Part shown: piece after piece, positions 53,101 through 64,000 of the stretch
Layout of the letters: each line of letters opens with the position of its first letter
Numbering within the stretch: position 1 is the first letter of the stretch
Source: Raja brachyura
Taxonomy: Eukaryota
Assembly: GCA_963514005.1 (NCBI GenBank)
Contig: OY740803.1
Coordinates: 29,822,001-29,886,000 of the forward strand
Length of the DNA: 64,000 bases
Reading direction: 5' to 3'
Position numbers and translations under genes: made by a program
Notes under the pieces: model-generated
What the model was told of the DNA's origin: nothing
The model's input: only the letters and a program-made list of their open reading frames with translations
Database searches by the model: none

Positions 53101-55606
53101 GTACACATGAACTTGTGACTGGAACGAAAAACAGAATCAATATCCATGCTGGTTCTTCCTACTTACGCAGGTTAGAAAGTCAACACTTTATTTTTAGATA
53201 TGAGAGATTGTTGAGGCTGTTATTTGCTTTGTTCTTGACTGAATGAACCAACAGGAACACTGTCCCATTGTACAGCATGAACTAAGCCATAAAAAGCCTG
53301 TGGTATATTCATTCGAATGAGCAAACAAAGAAAGGTTAATCCATTCACAGTATGACTACATTAGTATTACTTAATCCAGGGATGCTGGGTCTATAGAAAT
53401 TTACCATTTCCAAAAAAAAGGTTGTTTAACGGATTTTTTATGATTCCATACATGAATAAAATGCTAAAGTTTGGGATGGTCAAATTGTGAATAGAATTTC
53501 TAGACTTAGAATTAAACTGCTTATTGTGGGTCTGGTTGGAGGAAACAAATGCTAGAGGGTAAATTGTATTGGCTAATTGCATTGAATACATTGCATTTAC
53601 AGTACAGAAACTGACATTAGTGTAACTTATCCATGCCAGTAAGTATTTTCCACAGATCTTAGTTTAGTTTAGTTTAGAGATGCAGCACAGAAACAGGCCT
53701 TCGGCCCATCAACTCCACACCGACTAGCGATCCCAGCACTATAACACTATCCTACACACACTACGGACAATTTTACATTTATACCAAGCCAATTCACTTT
53801 CAAACCTGTACGTCTTTGGAGTGTGGGAGGAAACTGAAGATCTTGGAGATCTTCACGGGGAGAACGTACAAACTCCATACAGACAGCACCCGTTGTCAGG
53901 ATCGAACCGGGGTCTCTGGCGCTGTAAGGCAGTAACTCTACCGCTACATCACGCTGCCACCCTTCTCCAGAAATTCTTTCCTACCACCATGTTACTCCCG
54001 TTTCATTATAAATACATCTATCCTAGAAACATAGAAACATAGAAATTAGGTGCAGGAGTAGGCCATTCGGCCCTTCGAGCCTGCACCGCCATTCAATATG
54101 ATCATGGCTGATCATCCAACTCAGTATCCCGTACCTGCCTTCTCTCCATACCCTCTGATCCCCTTAGCCACAAGGGCCACATCTAACTCCTTCTTAAATA
54201 TAGCCAATGAACTGGCCTCAACTACCCTCTGTGGCAGAGAGTTCCAGAGACCCACCACTCTCTGTGTGAAAAAATTCCTTCTCATCTCGGTCCTAAAGGA
54301 TTTCCCCCTTATCCTTAAGCTGTGACCCCTTGTCCTGGACCTCCCCAACATCGGGAACAATCTTCCTGCATCTAGCCTGTCCAACCCCTTAAGAATCTTG
54401 TAAGTTTCTATAAGATCCCCTCTCAATCTCCTAAATTCTAGAGAGTATAAACCGAGTCTATGCAGTCTTTGTTCATAAGACAGTCCTGACATCCTGTTAG
54501 ACTCAACTGCTCCACGTGGTAACACATTCAACATTCTAACTGCTTTCTTCATAAAACATTTTTACTTTTATTTCTCTTACTTGGCCATGAATCAACTTCA
54601 TTGGTGAAGGCAACATTTTGCGTCCAATTTAAAGTAACACTTGTTATCAGTAAGAAGCCTAGGCAGCCATAATTATGTTCAATTTTTCTGTTTAAAAAAA
54701 TGTTTTTTAACAAGCTGTTTAACACTTGCAATTGGCAAGATACCGATTATTTATCAGTGTAAAATAGATTGATTTCCAGTAATGGCACAGTGTATAAACT
54801 GACTCGATTGAGGTTTGGAGGCCTTGTATTCAACAAAGATGAGAGATGGGATATTCCTTTCAACACATGAGATAGCACATACAATGAAACCAGAAGTGAA
54901 GTAAATGATAGCACTTGCACAGAAGAGCAGAATCATTTAGTGTGAGGAAAAGAAAGCGATTCAAAGGAAGAACAGTATTTTTCAAAGGCCACTAACATGG
55001 ATCGATTTCAATATCAATATCAATTTGACCATCACACACTTTGGCATTTTTCATTCATCTGTACACCATGAATGGCTTGATTGTAATCATGTATTATCTT
55101 TCCACTGACTGGTTAGCACGCAACAAAAGCTTTTCACTGTACCTTGGTAAACGTGACAAAAAACTGAACTGTTTTAGTTGTGCTAACTATAGGTTGGAGA
55201 CTAATAGAAACTGCAACTCGGTTTCAGAAATGAGTGCCCTAGAATTTGCTGGGTGTTGACAGCAGTCCACAAAGAACATCCAGTATTTCTTATGTTTCTG
55301 CCTCTTGCTCATTTTTATGCCATCAGAATTAGATTCTCCTTACTTGTAATATTAAAACCTTTCATCATTTTTACTTAAGATAAAGGTGATGCCCACTCAG
55401 TTTGGTCACTGGTATAGAGTGATAGTTGCAAATGGCTGTACTTGTTTTGTGTTAACAGTAAATGGCTATCTTTATTTTATAGGATTCGACGTGTTTGCAG
55501 CAGAATTATTTCACACAAGATGTTCGACCACATAGTTCTTGTTATTATCTTCCTGAACTGCATCACTATTGCCATGGAGAGACCTAAGATCGATCCTAAG
55601 AGTGCA
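22984..55606 (+). CDS. CACNA1G: Partial multi-exon CDS of voltage-dependent T-type calcium channel alpha-1G (Cav3.1); 10 exons in the window, gene continues beyond both edges
   Basis: Exons join in frame at GT-AG sites. Cav3.1-type residues: [91 protein letters not shown], plus the exon-14 cassette typical of Cav3.1. Confidence 0.95.
24161..24346 (+). CDS. CACNA1G: CACNA1G exon (~exon 11), 186 nt, IIS4 voltage sensor to S5
   Basis: ctccag|C GTG...TTC AG|gtgagt; [61 protein letters not shown](S). Confidence 0.97.
24852..24966 (+). CDS. CACNA1G: CACNA1G exon (~exon 12), 115 nt, IIS5-pore loop
   Basis: ttttacag|T ATT...TTC CAG|gtatgg; [38 protein letters not shown]. Confidence 0.96.
25177..25395 (-). 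mobile_element. Young CR1/HER1 3' end
   Basis: Nearly identical to 54024-54245 and 62485-62705; octamer tail. Confidence 0.9.
25468..25704. mobile_element. MITE, PIF/Harbinger-like (TAA target duplication)
   Basis: TIRs agggcctgtcccactttcacgacct / aggtcgtgaaagtgggacaggccct; taa at 25465-25467 and 25705-25707. Confidence 0.88.
25985..26880 (+). mobile_element. CR1 LINE RT fragment
   Basis: [22 protein letters not shown]...[11 protein letters not shown]; [15 protein letters not shown]. Confidence 0.9.
27280..27830 (+). mobile_element. Older CR1 3' fragment
   Basis: Degenerate ORF2 C-terminus and 3' UTR ending ttcttatgttctta. Confidence 0.6.
27975..28380 (-). mobile_element. CR1 LINE internal RT fragment
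   Basis: VFTKEK...NYRSM...[29 protein letters not shown]. Confidence 0.85.
30459..30614 (+). CDS. CACNA1G: CACNA1G exon (~exon 13), 156 nt, domain II selectivity filter and S6
   Basis: ttccacag|ATA...ACT GAG|gtaaaa; [52 protein letters not shown]. Confidence 0.97.
31132..31462 (+). mobile_element. V-SINE/HE1-like SINE
   Basis: tRNA-like head then tgtgtggagtttgcatgttctccctgtgactgcatgagtttcctccg core. Confidence 0.8.
32929..32952 (+). repeat. (GA)n microsatellite inside a short inverted Penelope-terminus-like element (~32895-33100)
   Basis: About 11 GA units; flanked by aatactcag and ctgagtatt. Confidence 0.75.
34988..35000. promoter_or_regulatory. Candidate RFX X-box
   Basis: GTTGCTAGGCAAC matches the palindromic X-box consensus; function not shown. 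Confidence 0.4.
36787..36855 (+). CDS. CACNA1G: CACNA1G cassette exon (~exon 14), 69 nt, start of II-III linker
   Basis: tttcacttcag|GAG...GGG|gtacgt; phase 0-0; [23 protein letters not shown] versus recalled human [23 protein letters not shown]. Confidence 0.93.
40513..40900 (+). mobile_element. Young CR1/HER1 3' end
   Basis: [27 protein letters not shown]...[11 protein letters not shown]; ctatgttt-type tail. Confidence 0.92.
44100..44440 (+). mobile_element. Degenerate Deu-domain SINE (SacSINE/AmnSINE-like)
   Basis: Weak resemblance to 48945-49240 (tttgaaaaagaaca...atatttatctctca). Confidence 0.45.
44680..45352 (+). mobile_element. GC-rich unclassified retroposon-like repeat, copy 2, with AATAAA and (TTCTA)n tail
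   Basis: Shares cgcaactttt, ggcctaaca..tgga and agataagacttt..gccttccatcacagt..ctgtgatggat with 12311-13026. Confidence 0.72.
46039..46132 (+). CDS. CACNA1G: CACNA1G exon (~exon 15), 94 nt, II-III linker
   Basis: ttcactcaag|GGA...GCG C|gtaagt; [31 protein letters not shown], resembling human [20 protein letters not shown]; phase fits the next exon. Confidence 0.9.
46485..47100 (+). mobile_element. Penelope fragment: inverted terminus followed by GIY-YIG tail and CT-rich spacer
   Basis: caaagtgctagaggaact...ggtcaggcagcatctgtggag in reverse orientation, then [11 protein letters not shown] and acagtatgaacattgaa shared with ~5966. Confidence 0.75.
47112..47482 (-). mobile_element. CR1 3' fragment
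   Basis: [19 protein letters not shown]...[11 protein letters not shown]; similar to 52230-52455. Confidence 0.85.
47485..47870 (-). mobile_element. Rex1/Babar-like LINE fragment
   Basis: Reverse frames give [44 protein letters not shown], resembling the Rex/Babar C-terminal region. Confidence 0.65.
48015..48202 (+). CDS. CACNA1G: CACNA1G exon (~exon 16), 188 nt, II-III linker
   Basis: ctatgcag|TG ATG...TCA CCG|gtaaga; (L)[30 protein letters not shown]...EQKSP. Confidence 0.93.
48641..48891 (+). mobile_element. HE1-like SINE
   Basis: ggcgcagt..agagttgctgccttacag..ccgggttcgatcc (A/B boxes); tail gggccgaagggcctgtttc...tatctctaaact. Confidence 0.88.
48945..49240 (+). mobile_element. Deu-domain SINE (SacSINE1/AmnSINE1-like)
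   Basis: ttcaagtctcactccagagacttgagcac...gctgcacagttggaag..gccaccttttggat matches my recollection of the Deu core. Confidence 0.6.
49823..50269 (+). CDS. CACNA1G: CACNA1G exon (~exon 17), 447 nt, II-III linker
   Basis: cccctcag|TCG...GAT TTG|gtgagt; [27 protein letters not shown]...[10 protein letters not shown]...[13 protein letters not shown]...QDCNGK...DEVDL. Confidence 0.96.
51310..51635 (-). mobile_element. Degenerate V-SINE
   Basis: Reverse-complement similarity to the HE1 copies (aattaacc...tgtgagaggaaac). Confidence 0.55.
51833..51933 (+). CDS. CACNA1G: CACNA1G exon (~exon 18), 101 nt
   Basis: ttctgcag|AGC...TCC AA|gtaaga; [33 protein letters not shown](K). Confidence 0.94.
52230..53066. 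mobile_element. Two CR1 3' fragments (52230-52455 minus; ~52755-53066 plus)
   Basis: 3' UTR signatures caatcatggctgatct and ...gtgctgtacttttctatgttctatg. Confidence 0.75.
53659..53960 (-). mobile_element. HE1-like SINE with (CTAAA)n tail
   Basis: Reverse complement of the 58888-59176 family. Confidence 0.88.
54024..54495 (-). mobile_element. Young CR1/HER1 3' fragment
   Basis: Open ORF2 end [36 protein letters not shown]...GTGY; octamer tail; atcct on both flanks (possible short TSD). Confidence 0.93.
55483..55606 (+). CDS. CACNA1G: CACNA1G exon (~exon 19), 124 nt, IIIS1
   Basis: ttttatag|G ATT...AGT GCA|gtaggt; [41 protein letters not shown]. Confidence 0.96.
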
Positions 55607-57868
55607 GTAGGTTTTATTTCTCCAATTCATTTATCATGGCCTGTTTAATTTGTATTGTTATATTGAAGGCCCGAGGGCAACATGATTGTGAACATAGACA
55701 CAAAATGCTGGAGTAACTCAGCGGGCCAGGCAGCATCTCTGGAGAAAAGGAATGGGTGATGTTTTGGGTCTGACTGATTAATTAGCATATGGTATGAACA
55801 GAAATGAATGTCTCCCTACTTAACAAATTCTAAGATCGATATATGGATAAACAGACCAGGCTAGATAGATAGATAGATATTTAGATAATAACTACAGATG
55901 TAAACAGTGAATGTTTATATATCATAAGAAAATTAAAATAGATTAAGTGGACAGGTGGAAAGATACTGAAACATAAATAAAATACTAGAAGGATGCAACT
56001 ATTTGAACAATTGTGTTGCATTTGTATGCTTTACCAGATAATCCAAAAGGCTGACAGTTTACCTAAAGACATAAATGAACACCATCTAGCATCCTACTCG
56101 ATTATCTACTTACTTTTATGTGCCAACTAACCCTCCTCGAGATGATTTCTGATACAGTGTTTCAACCTTTTCTCCTTCTCACATAACCCTGGGGGTAGGG
56201 AGGTATCAAATATCACATGCCAGCAGCCAGCAAATTAGTATCTACAGCGCTAGATTATTGTTCCAGGGACACAGGTTCAACTCCCACAGTGGAATTTCAT
56301 GCAGAGTAATTCAATAAATCTGGAATTAAAGAAAGACAAATAATGAAAATAGTGACTGCCAATTTTCATCTTGTTGTCTGGGAAGCCCCTGAATCGGCAG
56401 TATAGTTCAGAAGGAGTAATCTTCCGTTCGTATCCTTGACAAAGGAAATTCAGCATGTCTCCAGCAACTCTTACCAACTTCCACAGACGTTGCACATAAA
56501 TACAATCAAGTTAAACTCAAGTACAATTGATAGAGCAAAGGGGAAGATACAGAGAGCAGAATACATTTCTCAGCATTGTAACACGTTATTCTATAGACAA
56601 ACTCCAATGTCTGCAATCAGAGGTGAATCAGGCAGTACCTTAGCTCATAGAAGCACCGTTCAAAATGGCTCGATTGTATTCATATGTTGTATTATATGAC
56701 TGGATAGCATGCAAACTAAGTTTTTCACTGAAACTTAATACACATGACAATAGTAATAAACCCATGATAATAATAAAATACCAAATAATAACTCTGCCCT
56801 TTTCCAATATCTTCATATATCATTGAGTATGATCTTTAGCTTGGTCATATCCTAATAATCCGAGAGCACTTTGGTCTGCCCGAAACCTCATGATCTTCCA
56901 TGAGATGTCCAATGAGATGCCAAAACGATGTCCGTATTCCTTTATGAATACTGCCAAATGGCACATTCCAAATGCAGGAGTACGTGCTGCGGGACACATT
57001 GAAGCCAATGCAATACCTTAGAGGGGAAGCACTGCAGTCTAATGTCCTTCTGCCATGAGGTGTTGAGGGGCTAAGCCCCGCATAGAAGCCACTTAGTTAC
57101 ATTAAGTTTGCACTGTCCCAGGAGGCCACATGCTGGCCCTACCAATATATAACATACAACATAGAATAGTACAGCAAAGGAACTGGCCCTTTGGCCCACA
57201 AAGTCTGTGTTGAATGTGATACCAAGTTAAACTAACCTCCTCTACCTGCACGTGATCCATATCCATCTATTCCTTGCATATCTACGTCCCTATCATATGC
57301 CTCTATCATATCTAATATTGTGAATATATAGTCTGAACGACACTACAGATATGAAGATAAACTTGCACTCTGGTTTTACTTGTATTTTGGATGTTTTTGT
57401 ACATATTTATTACGTATTGTATATTTTAAACTAAAAAAAAGCATATGTTGTAAACATAGCAGCTGCCAAACCATTCCTTTATAAATGATTCTGACCCAAT
57501 AGATGTGCAGTAAATCTAAGATTTATTCCCAATGTAAACAGAAAGTTGAATCTTGATTTTAAGTAAATGGATTCAATATTGATTTAAAAAAGGGTCAATT
57601 TTCAGATTCGTGAAAAACTGGGGATTGGGATTAATTCAACAAATTTTCAGAGCCAATGGGATGAATCGCTGCGTGTGCAACGCTGCGAAGAGGAGGATGC
57701 AGCAGGGTGACAGAGTCACAGTAAATGAACTGTTTGGATGTTGACAAGTAATGATACACATAGCAACTCATTCTTTGTCTACTGCAAGTCGGGATATTCA
57801 TGCACCGCATTACTTCCCAACTGGACAGTTGTCTGACATCTTCAGTAATATTTAGATAACATTTGGCT

Positions 57869-58036
57869 TAGAAACATAGAAAATAGGTGCAGGAGTAGGC
57901 CATTCAGCCCTTCAAGCCAGCACGGCCATTCAATATGATCATGGCTGATCATCCAAAATCAGTACTCCGTTCCTGCTTTTTCCCCATATCCCTGGATTCC
58001 GTTAGCCCCAAGAGCTAAATCTAACTCTCTCTTGAG
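57869..58036 (-). mobile_element. CR1/HER1 3' end
   Basis: agaaacatagaaaataggtgcaggagtaggccattc...; same subfamily as 22303 and 62196. Confidence 0.85.
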
Positions 58037-58887
58037 AGCTTAAGGTTGTTTTTGAAGTAATTTATGAATTATTTGTCTGCTAACATCAGTAATATTATTA
58101 ATAGTCTCAGCTTCTGTCTTGTGTGTGGACATGTACGTGTGTTTGCCTTGTATGCACAAGCAGTGCGTTTGTGTGTGCATGTGTGTGTATGTGTTTTTCC
58201 CATGTGAAATGAAGCACAGTTATGTTCCAACTTAAAAGCAGGTATAGACTTATGTTGTTTGCTATTCGAGGAAAATAAATTTATCTCAGTGTGTTATGAT
58301 TTGACACCCATTTGTATTTGTTTAATTACCATGACCTGCATTTGTATCATTGCTAGATTAATGATCCTAATTATTGATAATCACCAAAACCTCTGAGCGG
58401 TTTACAGCCAGGACTTTACAGTTTTGATGATTTAATACTAGATGGTTGTTACAGTAATAAAATATCACTTTGATTGAATATGTGCTATTTATAGTAATGA
58501 TTTTGGAGTGTTGTTAAACACATGGTCATATTTTATTGCTGGACTATTACCGTTTTATTTAACATCAACCACTGGCTTCTGGCAGATACTTAAATGAAGT
58601 GAAGCCAGAAATAATAGCAGTCCCATGAAAAGATAGGATAGAAATAGTTCTACAATTAGAAAGAATATTGATAGTAACCCAGTCAAGGCTGACACAACAT
58701 GAAATCCTGCTGTTGCATTTTATATTCGCTGCCAGTGCTGAAATGTAAAAAAGCATCTGTGAGCAACACGGGAGGCGGTGGTTAAACACAGCTCTAGAAA
58801 CGGCATTATGATATTCACAAGGATGTTCCAGTTCGATGTGTAGCTCGTGGGCCAGTGACATAAAGTTGCAAGCACAACAGTCACAGA

Positions 58888-59176
58888 GGCGCAGCGGTAG
58901 AGTTGCTGCCTTACAGCGCTTGCAGCGCCGGAGACCCGGGTTCGATCCCGACTCTGTACGGGGTTTGTACATTCTCCTTGTGGCCGCGTGGGTTTTCTCC
59001 GAGATCTTCAGTTTCCTCCCATACTCCAAAGACGTACAGGTTTGTAGGTTAATTGGCTTGGTGTATGTGTAAATTGTCCCTAGTGGGTGTAAGATAGTGT
59101 TAATGTGCAGGGATCGCTGGTCGGTGCGGACATGGTGGGCCGAAGGGCCTGTTTCTGCGCTGTATCTCTGAACTAA
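58888..59176 (+). mobile_element. HE1-like SINE (CpG-rich, young)
   Basis: ggcgcagcggtagagttgctgccttacagcgc..ccgggttcgatcccgact, V core and CR1-type tail. Confidence 0.9.
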
Positions 59177-62100
59177 AAAAATAGCCACTTTAATTATCTC
59201 TATTTTGAATCTGTTCCAGATGTAAATGGGTCAGTGAGAGCTCTAGCAGCCCCATCGCATGTCAGTGAAGCACAGCTTGCAGTGTAATAAATGTATGAGG
59301 CAACTTTAAATATCACCTCTAGACAATAAAGTACTCTTGACTCTTGACTAGATGGACCTGTAAAATGGCTTTAAATTTGCTCCACTATCAATCTTAACTA
59401 TAAATGAGGAATTGAAGTGATTAGGTTCTTTCTATGCAACATGAATGTGCTTTTAAGCAATCTTACAATATTGGTCCATAACACATGTTTTTGTATTATT
59501 AAATGGACAGTCCTTATAATTAACTATCAAGAAAATAGAAGACATTGTTGGAATATCATTCTACAGGTTATCAATAAACAGGTTTCCACTTTACACAATA
59601 ACATAAGCAGTGAGTCTGTTGTGGTAACATCACAGATCTTATTAAAATGTTATTAAAATCGCAAGTTACTGCAAATACTCAGCAGATTAGGCAGAATCTA
59701 TGGAAATTCAAACTGTGTTAAGACTTTAAATCAGTGGCTGTGATTTATTAAAGATGTCTTGCTTTTTTGACTGTGGAATTCCACAAGACCTACATCATTT
59801 ATTTTAAACTCCTATTACATTGGCAGCACAAATGCATGTATTTTATAAATGTTCGTGGTATGTTAATACCTATGCCTTCATGTTATCACAGTTCTTTTGT
59901 GCAGTCAACCTTCTCTGATCTCCAGCCCATTGTGTAAATTAAGAACAAGTGAAGGAGCTGAAGTTTAACTGAATATCCCAAAGGCTTTTAAATTAGATAT
60001 GCGCACTTGACAAGTTTATACAACAGATTCTTGTGAGGCAGCAGATACTGGTGAGGAAAGTGGAGCAGCTACAGCTGTTGGAAGGACTGACCCAATAGTT
60101 TTCAGTTCTTTCTATGACCGGAATCAGATTCCTGGCAGGTAAATTGGATGCAGGTTTAAAGTAACTGGTAAATGATCTAGAAGGGAGATTAGGGGATTTT
60201 TTTTTAAATCATCTGTGTAACTCACTATCTGAATTGTTGGTGGAAGGAATTACTACTAGAAAGGGAAAAGTATTGGTGAAAAATGAGGAGAGACCATGGA
60301 GTGGGACAAGTGGTAGCACATTCAATAGCCAGCACAATTATATGGGCGGAAAGGTTCTTCACTTCTTGCTATCCTCTATGAGCTTCCCTCGGCAAGATGG
60401 TTGGATTAATAATTCTGTTTGGTTAATTTGTTGGAATGATAATTATTTCCTAACCTGTGTGTAAATCATAAATATTTTTTTAAATGTTGAGGTTTTATGT
60501 GCTTGTTAAAATGCAGTTATTTTTCTGCAGAGTAACATTTCCTTTACATACCCAAGTCTGTTTAAAGCCCCACCAAACCAACCTATTTAAACCAACCCTG
60601 TAACTTCATTGAAAGGGAGTGTATACTTATTTCAAATCCTAGAGTATAATGATGTTGGTCTGAAAATGGATTAAAACTGGCATTTCACATTATGATCTTT
60701 GAAACCAGGAAGTAAAGAAGCTGCCATTGCTCTTTGCTACTTCTAAACTAGAAATAGAAGGAAAGTTAACTAATTATCCTTCTGAAAATCCTGATTTTAA
60801 CGTATTTAATTTAATTCTAACTTAATTCTAACAATTTCATAATCGTAGGAACTCAGTACAGAGTGACTGGGAGTTTAAGAGCATGTTTTGTTGACCAGTC
60901 ATTTGATGGATTCTCTTGGTTTCTGTTTTAAAATGGAAAAGACCTTTCAAAATCTTCAGTCAATTTTCACCAAATGTTTTAAAGCATTCAAACATCAAAG
61001 CCCATTTTCAGAAAGGATCTGTTGCTACTTTCGCAAATGAATCAATACCTTGCAAATAAAAGGTGATGAATTGTTTTGAAGCTGCTAATGAATCTATTAA
61101 CCTCCCGGAGTGTAAGGCGGCAAGGTGGATGAATGAAAAGGAGACACACATGCGGGAACAAGGCAGGTTATTGTGGGGTTTTCTGCATTTCCAGCATTCC
61201 TTTTTGATTCACATGGAAGTAAGGAAGCGCCTAATGCAAGGTGACCGAGCTCAACGCTCATGAAGTCTGAAAGTAACAGCCAAATAATTGCCTTTCTCAT
61301 TCCTAGCTTTCTTACTGGACATTTGTGAACCTATCCCATTTGCACTCAGTGGAGTTATATGGCACAGTAGTGCCACATATATGTAGTACAGTTACCACCC
61401 ACCTGTAGTGGCCTGGGATTCATACTGAGATTCCACAAGATCTGTTTTGCTTCCACAGCCCAAAGATGTTTGCTTGATTAAATGGCTACTTTACATTATA
61501 TCTAGAGTGGGTGGGTGACAGGAGATTCAGGGACAGTTCGTGGGTTTGTGATAGAGAATAGGTTGCAAGGAGATTTGTAGGGGAAGGGGACTGATGAGTG
61601 TACTCTGAACACTGGGTATCTAGCGCACGTGAACATTTCAGACAATGCAACTGATCTGAGCAATCCATCAGCAGTCACTTTGAGAGGTCTTTTTGGAATG
61701 ACTGCTTTCTGTTGCTCACTTACTCTGCCTCAATATGCTATCACTTTGTTGAGGCCAAAAAGAGATCAAGAAGCAGGGTAAAGAAAAGAGACTGTTCTAA
61801 GGATTCATTGAATTGCTGCCAACTTATAGTTCGACAGCAGCATTTCCTTGGAAATTCCTCCAATACTTCCCTTAGTATTTCGAAGGGAATTCTCCGTGGT
61901 CTGCACGCAAGCTTTTGATAGATAGCCAAGCAACTGAAGCCTGAGATGGCTGCACACAGCATGCTGCATTAGGAAGCCAAGTCATAATTGATTGCAGCTG
62001 AAGTCTTTCTCTTGCAAACAAAGTTTTGGTCAAGCTCTTAATCAGCTTCTCCGATTAAAGGATGAATATCCCAGTTGAACAGGATCGTTTTTCTTCCTCC

Positions 62101-62195
62101 CACCTCACCCTGTCCCAGTTTCTTCAATCTTTTTCAGAGGCAATTTGAGCCTAGTTATACTTCACAGCCCCAAATGCTGGACAGCCAGTGAATTA

Positions 62196-62735
62196 TAGAA
62201 ACATAGAAAATAGCAGGAGTAGGCCATTCGGCCCTTCGAGCCAGCACCACCATTCAATATGATTATGGCTCATCATCCAAAATCAGTACCCCGTGCCTGC
62301 TTTCTCCCCATTTCCCTTGATTCCATTAGCCCTAAGAGCTATATCTAACTCTCTCTTGAATACATCAGGAGAATGCCACTTTTGGAAATATAGATGCTGT
62401 TGTAATAGCCAAATTCCATGGGCAATTTGTGCACAGCAAGATTCCACAAGTCGTAATGTGATAATAACCAAATAGCCAACTGTTTAGAAACATAGAAACA
62501 TAGAAATTAGGTGCAGGAGTAGGCCATTCGGCCCTTCGAGCCTGCACCGCCATTCAATATGATCATGGCTGATCATCCAACTCAGTATCCCGTACCTGCC
62601 TTCTCTCCATACCCTCTGATCCCCTTAGCCACAAGGGCCACATCTAACTCCCTCTTAAATATAGCCAATGAACTGGCCTCAACTACCCTCTGTGGCAGAG
62701 AGCTCCAGAGACCCACCACTCTTTGTGTGAAAACA
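62196..62735 (-). mobile_element. Two CR1/HER1 3' ends (62196-62365, 62485-62735), apparently inserted into a Deu-SINE-like remnant (62370-62480, 62736-62960)
   Basis: Octamer tails and [23 protein letters not shown]; flanks resemble the reverse complement of 48945-49240 (gctcaagtc, aaagatcttg). Confidence 0.75.
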
Positions 62736-64000
62736 TTAACAAGGGTTAAACATTGGTCGAGGATCTGGAAAGGGACACCCCCAAGATCTTTTATTTTTAA
62801 ATGTTAATAAAACATTAATAAAACATTTCCAACTTTTACATCTAACTAAAGGAGCAGAAAGAGGTCAGTTTGGAAGCATTTCCAACAGTGCTTCATCTGA
62901 GTACCAGCCTAGATTCACTGCTCAAGTCTTGAGAGCGGGTCGAACCTATTTGGGTAAGAACGTACCCGCTGTATTATGGTCAACACTTGAGAAGATTTTC
63001 TATATGGTAGACAGTATATAAATGCTTGTATCCCTGTGACTTCCTAAATTTTCTGTCAAAACTGAGCATGTGCATGAGAATATTGATAATGGATGCCCCA
63101 AGATGGGCAAATGCATGCCAAGACTGACAACTTATCATCCACATATTAACCTGTTCACTGCCAAGTTTTTGGTTTCACTATAGGCCATGACCCAAGTGTA
63201 CTCTGGTGTGGCACCGAACAGGTTAACACCCTGAGTTATTTAAGAATGTAAATGTGCCGCATCCTATGCAGCAGATCATAGGACAATCACTAAGGTGACG
63301 TCCGGCCAGAACAGATGTAATTTAAAATTGAAATATTTATTCATCCATCCCAGGAAATTGCAGCTGTGGACAGAGTGCCACATGCTCTCCACCAACACAG
63401 TTGATTCTCTGTTAGAGTTGGTCCCCTGCCCTCCAACTTCATGCTGACCACTGAAGCAGTTCTCTTTTAATGATCCAATCATTTTCCCTCCTTTCTACAA
63501 TTGATTCTTGACCCCCCCCCCCCCCCCCCTAAACCCTGACCTGGGAATTCCCGGCACAGCACAGCTCTTGGGGAAATTTTAATGAGAATCAAAGCCAAAT
63601 TCTGGGTGCACTTCAGGCCTTACTTGGCTGAACACATGTTAAAATGGATGATTTCCTCAGTCTTCTTCCTCGTGTCCGGCCATCTTCTATATCACGTCTT
63701 TCCGGTCGGTCAGTGATGGTTGACGGTCAGTGGTTGCAGAATTGGCTACTTGAGTCAGTCACTGTGGTACAGTTCCTGTCGTCAGCATTGCCCGGGATGC
63801 GCCACGTGGAGGCTTCTGCATGCATCCCATTTCCTCAGTGTTTGTTGTTTATTAATAAAATCATTGAGTTTTACAAAAATGGCCACTGTGCCAATGTCAA
63901 CGTTTTTGTTAATCTGCACTAATCCCCCATTTGCCTGCAGTAAGACTGTGTCCTGCCATGCCTATTTAAGAATATGTCTTAAAATATCTCTTAAGAATCT

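Noticed and set aside
58888-58955. tRNA gene
   Set aside because: A/B-box-like head continues directly into a SINE body; no complete cloverleaf.
58565-59188. 207-aa minus-strand ORF
   Set aside because: About half is the antisense of an HE1 SINE; no protein features.
55607-64000. Next CACNA1G exon (ERIFLTLSNYIF...)
   Set aside because: Not found by eye; probably beyond the window. The ORF at 63644-63922 is unrelated.

Overview
Eukaryotic genomic DNA, most likely from a cartilaginous fish (skate/ray), inferred from HER1/CR1 LINE ends with (CTATGTTT)n tails, HE1/V-SINE copies and Deu-type SINEs. The window appears to lie entirely inside one + strand gene, the T-type calcium channel alpha1 subunit CACNA1G (Cav3.1). 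Ten GT-AG exons splice into one open frame covering domain II (S2-S6), the II-III linker and domain III S1. They correspond to human exons ~10-19 (numbering and human comparisons are from memory, not a search). One of them is a 69-nt exon absent from the ORF track that matches the mammalian alternatively spliced exon 14. The introns hold CR1/HER1, L2, RTE, Rex/Babar and Penelope fragments, SINEs and two TAA-flanked MITEs. The most notable items are the deeply conserved cassette exon, a perfect 60-bp inverted repeat, decayed hammerhead-ribozyme-like cores in Penelope termini, paralogue-like motifs in the II-III loop, and a GC-rich repeat family with a conserved 3' stem-loop. I see no convincing new multi-gene system; most listed short ORFs are noise or transposon remnants. 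Repeat boundaries are approximate.
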